Assembly (NCBI RefSeq): GCF_963921235.1
Contig: NC_086109.1
Span: forward strand, 33,048,001-33,112,000
Direction of reading: 5' to 3'
Length of the DNA stretch: 64,000 nucleotides
Source: Mobula hypostoma
Lineage: Eukaryota
Shown: positions 50,878 to 63,309 of the stretch, one piece after another
Layout of the letters: every line of letters begins with the position of its first letter
How positions within the stretch are numbered: the stretch's first letter is position 1
Position numbers and translations under genes: made by a program
The notes under the pieces: generated by a model
Told to the model about the DNA's origin: nothing
The model's input: the letters and a program-made list of their open reading frames with translations, nothing else
Database searches by the model: none

Positions 50878-52349
50878 AGTAGTGTATATGAGTGCATTGG
50901 GGAGCGGGTGTGCTACTAGGGTGGCGTTGGAAAGAGCTTGTTCAGTGTCATCAAATGGTCCGGTCATGTCTGCTGACCAGTCAAGCATGAAGTTAGGGGT
51001 ACTGCCTATAAGGAAACGATGCAGGGGGAGCATAAGTTCAGCATCGCGCAAAATAAAGCTGTGATAGAAATTCACCACACCTTAAAAACTCTTGTAATAG
51101 TGAAAGGCATTGTGAGATCCTTAATAGCAGTTACTTTTGTTGGGAGGGGTTTTGCACCTTCTGTGGAAATGCGATGGCCAAGAAAATTGATGTTTGACAA
51201 TGCATACTGGCATTTAGCAGGATTAATAATCAACCAGTGTAGGCTTAAGCACTTAAAGTCTGCAGAGATGTGATACGTGTTCGGATATGGATGCACTGTC
51301 ATCAGGTATGTCATCCAGGTAAATAAAGAGAAAGTTTAAGTCTTTTAATATAGAGTCCACCAGCTGTTGAAAAGTCTGTGCTGCACTTTTCAGTCCAAGC
51401 AGCATGCCGAGAAACTGAGAGGCCAAACGGGGTTATCACAGCCATCTTAGGAATGTCCTTCCTATGGTAGCCCCTAACTAAGCCAACTTTAGAAAAAAAT
51501 TAACTTCCTGGCTAAACATGCTAAAATGTTTTGAATATGTGGGACCAGGTAACGATCAGGGGTGGTAAACTCATTAAGACATCAGTAATCACCACATAGG
51601 CAACAACCACCATCAGATTTGGGGATGACGTGGAGGGGCAAGGCCCAGGGGTATTCAACCTGCATACAATGCCAAGCCTTTCCACGTGGGCAAACTCAGC
51701 CTCCATGGTTGCCAGCTTTTCTGGTTCCAGTCTATGCACACAGGCATGGACCAGCAGGCCAGTTGTGGGAATGCGGTGTTTGACCCTGTTTTGTCTCTGT
51801 AATAGAGAATATGGACTTGGCAAGCTTGAAAGGGTGTCCATAATGAACAGTAGATGACGCTTGCAGCTGGAACCCGCAGTGTGCACAGACCTCTGATGCC
51901 CCGATGCACTGGCACTTTTGAAGCTGCAAGACCATCGATGCTTTCTAGAGTTCGTACCAAAGCAAGCACGGTAAAGGCACAGACCCGCCATTGCCTGTTT
52001 TGCAGCTGCAGGTCTCCATGTGTTGGAGGCTCTGCTGATGGGGCTTACTGAGGCAGAGAAAGTAAGAGGAATGATGCACCCGTGCTTGGCTAAGTGTAGA
52101 CTATCAGCCATTTCAGCAAGCTCCCTATGGTCCTTCACAGCTGCAGTAGCGAGGGCTATGTGAACTTGATCAGGCACTTGCTGCATTAACAGTTCTTTAA
52201 AAATAAAACAAGGATGGTGATTTCTCAGGAGAGACAGCATGTAGTCCATTAGTTCCGAAGGCCTAGCATACCCCAGGTGTGCAAGGTGAGCAACTGTCTG
52301 GCGTGCTCAGACTTTGATAGTCCAAAAGTCCGTATTAGGTGACTTTTCA

Positions 52350-53657
52350 GCGTGCAATATTTTGTTGTTTTGTTTCTATCACATCTGAAATCCTGTCTGC
52401 CCAGTACCCTGGACCCCCATCAATTTTCCTATCGCACCAACAGGTCTTCAGAGGACTCCATCTCCACAGCACTTCACTCTGCCCTGATCCACCTGGACAG
52501 CCCCAACTCTTATGTCAGAATGCTGTTTATTGACTTTAGTTCAGCATTCAATACTGTGATCCCCTCCAAGCTGATCACCAAACTTCACCAGCTTGGTATC
52601 AGCTCATCCCTCTGTAATTGGACCTTGGACTTTCTGACTAACAGATCCCAATCAGTTAAGTTAGACAACCTCTCCTCCTCCACTCTCACCCTGAACACCA
52701 GTGTGCCTCAAGGCTGTGTGCTGAGCCCTCTTCTGTACTCCCTTTTCACCTATGACTGCATTCCTGTACATGGTTCTAACTCCATAATCAAGTTCGCAGA
52801 TGACACCACGGTGGTTGGCCTGATCAGAGGGGTTGACGAGACAGTCTACAGGGATGAGGTTCAGCACCTGGCTGCGTAGTGTGCCGACAACAACCTGGCC
52901 GTTAACACCCAGAAGACCAAGGAGATCATTGTGAACTTCAGGCATGCTAGGAGCCACACTTGTGTCCCCATCTACATCAATGGAGCTGTAGTGGAGCGTG
53001 TATCAAGCTTCAAATTCCTTGGTGTCCACTTTTCCGAGGATCTCACCTGGTCCCTGAACTCCTCCATCCTGATCAAAAAGGTGCAATAGCGCCTTTATTT
53101 CCTGTGGAGCATGAAGAAAGCTCACTTCTGTCCCAGGATACTGGCGGACTTTTACTGCTGTACCATTGAGAGCATACTCACCAACTGTATCTCAGTGTGG
53201 TATGGCAATTGTCCCATATCTGACCACAAAGCACTGTGGTGAAAACTACCCAGAAGATTATTGGCACCCAATTGCCCACCATTGAGAACATCTATCATAA
53301 ATGCTGCCTGGGCAGGGCGAAAAGCATTATCAAGGATGGATCTCTCTCTAACCATGGACTTTTTACTCTCCTCCCATCCAGTAGGCACTACAGGAGCCTC
53401 CGCTCCTGCACCAGCAGGCACAGGAAGAGCTTCTTCCCTGAGGCTGTGACCCTGCTGAACCTCTCATCACAGTGCTAAACAGTATTGCACCCATATTGTA
53501 CTGTCTCAGTACTTTTATATTTGTGTGCTGTAACACTTCTTATTCGCAGTTATTTTGTAAATAAGACTATTCTTTGCATTTCTGGTCAGATGCTAACTGG
53601 ATTTCATTGGCTCTATCTGTACTTGCCACAATGACAATAAAGTTGAATCTAATCTAA
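52350..53657 (+). mobile_element. Rex1/Babar 3' half inserted in Gypsy gag
   Basis: [41 protein letters not shown]; aataaagttgaatctaatcta tail. Confidence 0.92.
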
Positions 53658-54104
53658 TTTTCCGTGTTTGGGCAGTTGTTCAAGCAGACTTGCCACTCTT
53701 GCTGCTGTGGAGCTACTGACAAATGCTACTACGTAGTAATACCTGGTGTCATCTGTGGAGATTTCTCACAGTGCAAATTGGGCCTCGGGTTGTACAAACC
53801 AAGCAATGGTATTTTGCTCCCAAAACTCTGGCAGTTTCAAAGGGACTGTGTGGCCGACATGTTGAATAACTCTTGAGTCGTCCTCAAGCATTGAGGTCAT
53901 TAATGTAGGTTTTTGTAATTAAAATGGCAGTGGTGTTTTAAGTTTAAGGGAAACTGTGAAAACTCTTTTAATATCAACCAAACACAGAACAAAAAGTGCA
54001 GTAAAAAAACTTCACATCATTTTTGATTCTCCTCTTAAACTGACGCCAAATCAATGTCAGTGGTTGTGAATCATGCATGTTTCTACCCGTTACAGTACCC
54101 TACA

Positions 54105-55140
54105 GTGGCACCTTGTGAAAGACCTTCTGAAAATCCAAGTAAACAACATCCACTGATTCTGCTTTGTCTATCCTGTCTGATATTTCCTGAAAGAATTCCA
54201 GCAGATTTGTCAGGCAAGATTTCCCCTTAAGGAAACCATACTGACTGTGGCCTATTTTATCGTGTGCCTCCAAGTACCCTGAAACCTCATCCCTAACAAT
54301 GGACTCCAAAATCTTCCCAATGACTGCAGTCAGGCTAACCAGTTCTCTAGAACCATTCCAGAATCTAGTGTTACTAATGCCTCCACAATCTCTTCAGCTA
54401 CCTCTTTCAGAACCTGGGGTGTATACCATCTGGTCCAGGTGACTTTTCTACCTTCAGACCTTTCAGCTTCCCAAGCACTTTCTGCTTAGTAATAGCAAAT
54501 ACACTCACTTCTGCCCCCTGACACTCTTGAATTTGTGGTATACTGCTCATGTCTTCCACTGACGATTAACATAAAATACTTATTAAGTTCATCTGATCCC
54601 TCATTTCTACCTCTCCAGTGTTTTTTTTTTCCCCCTGACAGTTTGATATCTACTCTTGCCTATCTTTTACTCTTTATATATCTGAAAAAAAACTTCTGGT
54701 ATCCTCTTGTATATTATTGGCTAGCTTAACTTCATATTTCATCTCCCCTCTCCTTATGGTTTTTTAGCTGCCTCTGTTGGTTTTTAAACGCTTCCCAATC
54801 CTCTAACATCCCATTAATTTTTGCTCTGTTAAATGTCCTCTCTTTTCCTTTTTATGCTGCATTTGACTTCACTTGTCAGCCACAGTTTCCTCATCTCCCC
54901 TTTAGAATATTTCTTCATCTTTTGGGTGTACGGTATCTATCCTGCGCTTTCCAACTCACCTGCAGAAATTCCAGCCATTGCTGTTCTGCGGTCATCCCTG
55001 CCAATCAACTTTGGCCAGTTTAACTCTCAGCCTCCGTAACCCCTTTACTCCAGTACAATACTGTTACATCTGACTTCATCTTCTCCTTCTCAAACTGCAG
55101 GGTGAATTCTATCATATTATGATCATTGCCTCCTAAAGGT
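54105..55140 (-). mobile_element. Decayed CR1 ORF2 fragment
   Basis: [18 protein letters not shown]...[14 protein letters not shown]. Confidence 0.88.
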
Positions 55141-55385
55141 ACTGTGAAAGGCAAGAGGTAAAATCAAAATCCAGGCGAGGATAGCTGCTGTGGTGTGGAG
55201 TCAAACCAAGACAATGGAGACCTTTGAAGTGATTTTGCTGCAGCCAATCTTGTATACTGCTGCAGATGGGTGAGAATGACTGGCAGTGTGTAATTAACCC
55301 AGACAAACACAGCTTCTTTTACACAACACACATCAAATTTGCTGGTGAATGCAGCAGGCCAGGCTGCATCTCTAGGAAGAGGTAC

Positions 55386-55421
55386 AGTTGACGTTTCGGG
55401 CCAAGACCCTTCGTCAGGACT
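55386..55421 (-). ncRNA. Minimal type I hammerhead motif with intact core
   Basis: agtc-CTGACGA-aggg tcttgg ccc-GAAA-cGTC-aact; one stem I mismatch next to the GUC cleavage site. Confidence 0.78.
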
Positions 55422-56784
55422 AACTGAAAGAAGAGCTAGTAAGAGATTTGAAAGTGGGAGGGGGAGATCCAAAATAATAGGAGAAGACAGGAGAAGGAGG
55501 CCACCCTGCCGTCAAGTTTACCTGGTCCATTTCTGACACCTCCCTCCACTTTCTAGATCTTTCTGTCTCTATTTCCGGAGACAGCTTATCTACTGATGTC
55601 TACTATAAGCCTACTGACTCTCACAGCTATCTGGACTATTCCACTTCTCACCCTGTCTCTTGCAAAAATGCCATCCCCTTCTCGCAATTCCTCCGTCTCT
55701 GCCACATCTGCTCTCAGGATGAGGCTTTTCATCCCAGGACGAGGGAGATGTCCTTCTTTTTTAAAGAAAGGGGCTTCCCTTCCTCCACTATCAACTCTGC
55801 TCTCAAACGCATCTCGCCCATTTCACACACATTTGCTCTCACTCCATCCTCCCGCCACCCCACTAGGAATAGGGTTCCCCTTGTCCTCACCTACCACACC
55901 ACCAGCCTCCGGGTCCAACATATTATTCTCCGCAACTTCCGCCACCTCCAATGGGATCCCACCACTAAGCACATCTTTCCCTCCACCCCACCTCTGCTTT
56001 CCGCAGGGATCGCTCCCTACACAACTCCCTTGTCCATTTGTCCGTCCCTCCCCACTGATCTCCCTCCTGGCACTTATCCTTGTAAGCAGAACAAGTGCTA
56101 CACATGCCCTTACACTTCCTCCCTCACTACCATTCAGGGCCCCAGACAGTCCTTCCAGGTGAGGCGACACTTCACCTGTGAGTCGGCTGGGGTGATATAC
56201 TGCGTCCGGTGCTCCCGATGTGGCCTTCTATATATTGGCGAGACCCGACGCAGACTGGGAGACCGTTTCACTGAACACCTACGCTCAGTCCGCCAGAGAA
56301 AGCAGGATCTCCCAGTGGCCACACATTTTAATTCCACGTCCCATTCCCATTCTGATATGTCTATCCATGGCCTCCTCTACTTTAAAGATGAAGCCACACT
56401 CAGGTTGGAGGAACAACACCTTATATTCCGTCTTGGTAGCCTCCAACCTGATGGCATGAACATTGACTTCTCAAACTTCTGCTAATGCCCCACCTCCCCT
56501 TGTACCCCATCGTTATTTATTTATATACACACATTCTTTTTCTCTCTCTCCCTTTTCTTCCTCTGTCCTTCTCACGATACCCCTTGCCCATCCTCTGGGG
56601 TTTTTCCCCCCCTCCCCCTTTTCTTTCTCCTTGGGCCTCCTGTCCCATGATCCTCTCATATCCCCTTTGCCAATCACCTGTCCAGCTCTTGGCTCCATCC
56701 CTCCCCCTCCTGTCTTCTCCTATCATTTTGGGTCTCCCCCTCCCCCTCCCACTTTCAAATCTCTTACTAGCTCTTCCTTCCGTT

Positions 56785-56820
56785 AGTCCTGACAAAGGGT
56801 CTCGGCCCGAAACGTCGACT
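56785..56820 (+). ncRNA. Hammerhead motif in pLTR with core G8-to-A change
   Basis: agtc-CTGACAA-aggg tctcgg ccc-GAAA-cGTC-gact. Confidence 0.72.
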
Positions 56821-57329
56821 GTACCTCTTCCTAGAGATGCTGCCTGGCCTGCTGCGTTCACCAGCAACTTTGATGTGTGTTGCTTGAGTTTCCAGCATCT
56901 GCAGAATTCCTCGTGTTTGCATTCTTTTACACAGTAGGAGGTGCCAGAGACAGACGAGATAGGTATAACAGAAGGATGTGAAATAGACCCAACAACTAAA
57001 GGACAAATGTCTTATTAAATTTAAACTGTCACTGGTTGTCAGTTTTAGTTTTTATTGACTTTCAGTTTCTCCATCGTGAATTGTGATTGATCTTTCAAGC
57101 GAGGAATTCAAACATATACAATATACCGAGTGGTCATTATCCATAACTGATAAGCCAATTCTGTATGAAAATAATAAGGTTTCTATTCAGACTTCAGAAC
57201 AGTGTGGGTGACATGAGCTATTCTGTTATCCTTCTACACAAGTAAAATTCAAATATGTTTGAGTCGTAGGAATGCATGTGTCCCAGGTCCAGTTACTTTA
57301 GCTATTTTATTTTATTATCAGTGACAAAT

Positions 57330-57700
57330 CTGGTTCGCAACAAAACAGCCAATCCAAAATTTCCTTTCCCCTAGTGGGCTCAACCACAAGCTGCTCTAAA
57401 AATCTACCTTATTAGTAATCTACAGATTCCCTCTCTTAGGATCATGCACCAATCTGATTTTCTCAATCTACCTGCATATTGAAATCCCCATGACTATCAT
57501 CATATTGAAATCCCCATGACTATCATCATATTGCCCTTTTTGCATACTTTTTCTCTTTCCCTTGTAATTTACATCTCACATCTTGGCAACTATTCGGAGG
57601 CCTGCATATAATTCCAATCAGGGTCTTTTCACCCTTGCAGTTTCTTAACTCTGCCCAAAAGGTTTCTACATCTTCCGATCCTATATCACCTCTTTCTAAT
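57330..57700 (-). mobile_element. CR1 endonuclease fragment with a 26-bp tandem duplication at about 57475-57530
   Basis: VETFWAELRNCKGEKTLIGIICRPPNS; catattgaaatccccatgactatcat occurs twice. Confidence 0.8.
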
Positions 57701-57734
57701 ATACAGTGGATTTTGGTTAAGTGGGCCATCAGTT

Positions 57735-60700
57735 CGGAAGGGCGGGGCAAAATTATGGTGGCGCTGGGCAGTGACTCCTTCGCTTGCATCTTCGGAAACA
57801 GCTCTATTTCTATCTTTGATATCTCTTTTTTCCCTTTTCAAGGTTCTTTTGAAGACCCTGACCTGGAGTTACACTCTGACTTCGTTCTTTGCGGGAATGG
57901 GACCCACACTCAGGGGCTCATGACCAGTTGCTTTTTGATGTCCCACAGACGCGACCTGGAAGACTCGTGCGCCTTCAGGGTGCTGGATTTTCCAGCCTCT
58001 GGAGATGTGCTGATTATAGGCTGGTGCCCCTGACTGAAGCATTGCAAGACAACACGGCACCTTGGGAGCAGTGGGTTAGCTGCCGTGGGTTGTGTGTCCA
58101 GAGATCTGCACCTTTCTGGGGCCGACTATCTGGGCACAGAGCTCTGAAAAAGCAATGCAACAGACTTTTAACATCGTAAGTCAGCGAGTTGTTTGTTATA
58201 GAAACATAGAAACATAGAAAATAGGTGCAGGAGTAGGCCATTCGGCCCTTCGAGCCTGCACCGCCATTTATTATGATCATGGCTGATCATCCAACTCAGA
58301 ACCCAGCCTTCCCTCCATACCCCGTGACCCCTGTAGCCACAAGGGCCATATCTAACTTCCTTTTAAACATAGCTAATGAACTGGCCTCAACAGTTTGCTG
58401 TGGCAGAGAATTCCACAGATTCACCACTCTCTGTGTGAAGAAGTTTTTCCTAACCTCGGTCCTAAAAGGCTTCCCCTCTATCCTCAAACTGTGACCCCTC
58501 GTTCTAGACCTCCCCAACATCGGGAACAATCTTCCCGCATCTAGCCTGTCCAATCCCTTTAGGATCTTATACGTTTCAATCAGATCCCCCCTCAATCTTC
58601 TAAATTCCAACGAGTACAAGCCCAGTTCATCCAGTCTTTCTTCATATGAAAGACCTGCCATCCCAGGAATCAATCTGGTGAACCTTCTTTGTACTCCCTC
58701 TATGGCAAGGATGTCTTTCCTCAGATTAGGGGACCAAAACTGCACACAATACTCCAGGTGTGGTCTCACCAAGGCCTTGTGCAACTGCAGTAGTACCTCC
58801 CTGCTCCTGTACTCGAATCCTCTCGCTATAAATGCCAGCATACCGTTCGCCTTTTTCACCGCCTGCTGTACCTGCATGCCCACTTTCAATGACTGGTGTA
58901 TAATGACACCCAGGTCTCGTTGCACCTCCCCTTTTCCTAATCGGCCACCATTCAGATAATAATCTGTTTTCCTATTTTTGCCACCAAAGTGGATAACTTC
59001 ACATTTATCCACATTAAATTGCATCTGCCATGAGTTTGCCCACTCACCCAACCTATCCAAGTCACCCTGCATCCTCTTAGCATCCTCCTCACTGCTAACA
59101 CTGCCACCCAGCTTCGTGTCATCCGCAAACTTGGAGATGCTGCATTTAATTCCCTCATCCAAGTCATTAATATATATTGTAAACAACTGGGGTCCCAGCA
59201 CTGAGCCTTGCGGTACCCCACTAGTCACCGCCTGCCATTCTGAAAAGGTCCCGTTTATTCCCACTCTTTGCTTCCTGTCTGCTAACCAATTCTCCACCCA
59301 CACCAATACCTTACCCCCAATACCATGTGCTTTAAGTTTGCACACTAATCTCCTGTGTGGGACCTTGTCAAAAGCCTTTTGAAAATCCAAATATACCACA
59401 TCCACTGGTTCTCCCCTATCCACTCTACTAGTTACATCCTCAAAAAATTCTATGAGATTCGTCAGACATGATTTTCCTTTCACAAATCCATGCTGACTTT
59501 GTCCGATCATTTCACCGCTTTCCAAATGTGCTGTTATCACATCCTTGATAACTGACTCCAGCAGTTTCCCCACCACCGACGTTAGGCTAACCGGCCTATA
59601 ATTCCCCGGTTTCTCTCTCCCTCCTTTTTTAAAAAGTGGGGTTACATTAGCCACCCTCCAATCCTCAGGAACTAGTCCAGAATCTAACGAGTTTTGAAAA
59701 ATTATCACTAATGCATCCACTATTTCTTGGGCCACTTCCTTAAGCACTCTGGGATGCAGACCATCTGGCCCTGGGGATTTATCTGCCTTCAATCCCTTCA
59801 ATTTACCTAACACCACTTCCCTACTAACATGTATTTCGCTCAGTTCCTCCATCTCACTGGACCCTCTGTCCCTTACTATTTCTGGAAGATTATTTATGTC
59901 CTCCTTAGTGAAGACAGAACCAAAGTAATTATTCAATTGGTCTGCCATGTCCTTGCTCCCCATAATCAATTCACCTGTTTCTCTTTGCAGGGGACCTACA
60001 TTTGTCTTTATCAGTCTTTTCCTTTTTACATATCTATAAAAGCTTTTACAGTCCGTTTTTATGTTCTCTGCCAGTTTTCTCTCATAATCTTTTTTCCCCT
60101 TCCTAATTAAGCCCTTTGTCCTCCTCTGCTGAACTCTGAATTTCTCCCAGTCCTCAGGTGAGCCACTTTCTCTGGCTAATTTGTATGCTACTTCTTTGGA
60201 ATTGATACTATCCCTAATTTCTCTTGTCAGCCACGGGTGCACTACCTTCCTTGATTTATTCTTTTGCCAAACTGGGATGAACAATTGTTGTAGTTCATCC
60301 ATGCAACCTTTAAATGCCTGCCATTGCATATCCACCGTCAATCCTTGAAGTGTCATTTGCCAGTCTATCTTAGCTAATTCATGTCTCATACCTTCAAAGT
60401 TACCCCTCTTTAAGTTCAGAACCTTTGTTTCTGAATTAACTACGTCACTCTCCATGTTAATGAAGAATTCCACCATATTATGGTCACTCTTACCCAAGGG
60501 GCCTCTCACGACAAGATCGCTAATTAACCCTTCCTCATTGCTCAAAACCCAGTCCAGAATAGCCTGCTCTCTAGTCAGTTCCTCGACATGTTGGTTCAAA
60601 AAACCATCCCGCATACATTCCAAGAAATCCTCTTCCTCAGCACCTTTACCAATTTGGTTCACCCAGTCTACATGTAGATTGAAGTCACCCATTATAACTG

Positions 60701-61111
60701 CTGTTCCTTTATTGCACACATTTCTAATTTCCTGTTTAATATGTCTTCCCTCTCGCTGTAAAACGGGGACACCTCTTTTTCCCTTATTAGGGAGAGAGAG
60801 AGCCTGTGATATGTTGAATTACCAGGTGAATGAGTATTGTTTGGGGTACTGCAAGTCTGTCTTTACTGATGCTTACTGCATGCTTGAGTGCTCAGTGGAG
60901 GGTGTTGATGCTTTTTTGCTGGTGGGGCTGAGAAGGGTCATTTTCTTGCTGTTACTTATGCATGGGAGGGGGGCTTTGGGGTTCTAACATTAGACATTAA
61001 ACTGTCATCCATTCTTTGAGGCACTCCTCTGTTTTTGTCGATGTTTGTGAAGAAAAAGAATTTCAGGATGTATATTGTATACACTTCTCTGACATTAAAT
61101 GTACCTACTGA
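57735..61111 (+). mobile_element. Non-autonomous LINE-tailed retroposon split by CR1
   Basis: Non-coding halves 57735-58199 and 60741-61111, ending tctgacattaaatgtacctactgaa; family unassigned. Confidence 0.55.
58200..60740 (-). mobile_element. Young 5'-truncated CR1 with an uninterrupted 807-aa ORF2 segment
   Basis: ORF 58296-60719: [46 protein letters not shown]; (ttctatgt)n tail. Confidence 0.98.
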
Positions 61112-63309
61112 AAGTTATTGAGTTAATTTCTGTGCTGCAGTGCTCCATGACTATTCATGACTAATTGGGATGGCCTCTTATTTGGGACAACTACTAAAGA
61201 ACAGACGCTAATCAAGAATACAGTCAGGATTTTCTTTGTTTATTTGGAAAACTATTCCGGTTAATTGGGACAGAAGACTGTCGCTGAACAGTTTCCAAAC
61301 TAATGTCAGTTGTGTGCGCTTGTGTGACTACTAGGCACTACTCTATGCTTAGAGTGAACAGGTTTTAAATAGCGCCAGTTACATGTGTTTGTGTTCAAAA
61401 AGCAGTGATTTTTGTCACTGATAGTTGGCGAGAAATAAGCAGTAAGACAATTCAGAACCGTTTTGCTCACTGCAGTTTCAAGCATTCAGACTCGAAGATG
61501 CCAGAAACGACCGGGTGTGAAAATGAAACAACTTCTCTTCTTCAGCAAGTTAGGAACTATGAAGAATTTGAAGGTATCGACAATCATCTTGAATGTTACA
61601 ATGACGATGAAGATTTAGAGGTTGCAATCATTGAAAGTATTATCAGCATCAGGTGTCTGTGCTGACTTTGTTCATTTACAGTCAATCTAAAGAACCTGGC
61701 AGCATACCCCAGATGAATTCCTCCGTTGATAACTATTAGGAGCTAATACACAGTTTTATCGGGCTGTAGAAGTATTGGTAGTGTTCTAATTTGTTCTGTA
61801 TTTCATTTAAATACATAATTTTTCCCCCAGTTAAAAGGTTCTTTGTCTTTTTAACTGTTTCCATGAAGTTTCAACTAATTGGGGCAGCAACTTAATTAGG
61901 CCAAAATGTACTGGTCCTGATGCGTCCCAATTAACCAAAATCCACTGTATGTATAGTATATTCCATGTCAGAATGTTGAAGTGAATGTGACGTCCTCAGT
62001 GGTCTTTTTAAGGGAGTTGCTTTCTGAGTCAGCTGGGTTACTGTAATGTACTTTACAACTAGTACACATGGCAGGCCAGATGTGTTAATACTGAGGATGG
62101 CCAATCTAGTGCTTTATCCTGGATGGATCACACTTCTAACCTGTTGTTTAAAGCTGCATACATCCAATCAAGAATGTCTCATCACAGCACTAACATGTGC
62201 CTTGGAGATGCTGGAAAGTTATGGTGGTGGGGTGGGGGGGAGGGTTCAAAATTCAAGTCGCTCTTTGCACTGCACCAAATTTCTGATCTGCTCTTTTCAC
62301 TTAGTGGTTGGGCCAGTAATGTCATAACCTCTGGTCTGATTAATCCCTGTGAATGAATTGACTGAATCAGAAGCAGAGGCTCACATTTACAAACTAATGA
62401 TTTATTTGACAGATTTTCACTTTTTATTGCATCATCCACAAAAAGAGGAATCTGATAGTAATCTGTGGCATAATTTCATAATATAATGGTAAAACTAATT
62501 TACAGTATAGGAGTAAAATTAAAACAGAGTTCATATAAACATAATTATCTCCAACAATGTAATTATTAAATTGTTTTAAAATGTAAATTCATTATCTTCC
62601 TTATTAAAGTATGATAATGAAGTTGAAGGTATCTATTCAACCATATGTATGTTGCATAGCTAAACTATCACTGAGCAATGTGGCTGAGCCCACATCAGAA
62701 CAGGACTCCATTATATCTAGGATGCATCCACAATAGTTGAAAATTTGCCTATAGCCTTCAAGGGAAGAATTCCAACAGTAGAAATTAATTTGTTTTTTCT
62801 TTAACGTGCCAGAATGTTATGGGAGCATCAAAGATCCCATTTTACTCATCTGAAACTGTAATTTAATGGAAGTGCATACAGGAGAAAATGGGAAAATTGG
62901 CAAAGGAGATCCCTCAATTCTTACTGGCTTGAATCCTTTGTACTTCTTGTGCTATTTAATGCATTTACTCTTTAAAGATTCCTTATCTGATGTAACTATG
63001 CTTAAGGAGCATCAGTCAATTTTATTCCAGGCATGAACCGTAAGAAAATTAACTCAAATATTAGAAAACCCAGAACAACTATTTTCTTAAAAACCTTCAG
63101 AGGTTTTCATTACATAGGTTGATTCCAAAATTGAATTTATTCACCAATTATGGGGTTGTAAAAGGTTTAGAGATTTGCAAAAAAAAAATAAAATGACGTT
63201 TATGAATTTCTTTAATTCAATATTTTTAGCGGGAGTACTACGGCATAAAAAGAAGAATATCAAATCTGCAGACTTACCCATACCTATTTGTAAGTTCACC
63301 ACGGTTAAT

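Larger units (their letters stand above)
36870..54104 (-). mobile_element. Ancient Gypsy LTR retrotransposon fragmented by nested insertions
   Basis: 5' LTR about 53904-54104 and related partial 3' LTR about 36870-37001; PBS-like site next to 53903; gag start LKLPEFWEQN..AWF.Q.EAQF at 53660-53860; RT 50887-51800; RNase H 44893-45240; integrase 43300-44350; PPT-like tract about 37003-37020. Confidence 0.85.
55326..56921 (+). mobile_element. Penelope-like element with inverted pLTR and 12-bp TSD
   Basis: Minus-strand pLTR about 55326-55497, then plus arm with 245-aa ORF (VIYCVRCSRCGLLYIGET); TSD ttcttttacaca at 55314-55325 and 56922-56933. Confidence 0.93.
57704..61947 (+). mobile_element. Non-autonomous Tigger/pogo-like DNA transposon hosting two nested retroelements
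   Basis: 22-bp TIRs cagtggattttggttaa(g/t)tggg (21/22 match) with TA on both sides; transposase C-terminal remnant DSWREISSKTIQNRFAHCSF at 61405-61665. Confidence 0.85.

Noticed and set aside
40470..60719. Long RT ORFs as a retron, DGR or novel RT system
   Set aside because: Motifs and 3' tails are those of ordinary CR1, Rex1/Babar, L1, RTE, Nimb and Penelope retrotransposons
61950..63300. Unique AT-rich DNA as exons or 3' UTR of a neighbouring gene
   Set aside because: No convincing exon or recognisable peptide found; cannot be supported from sequence alone
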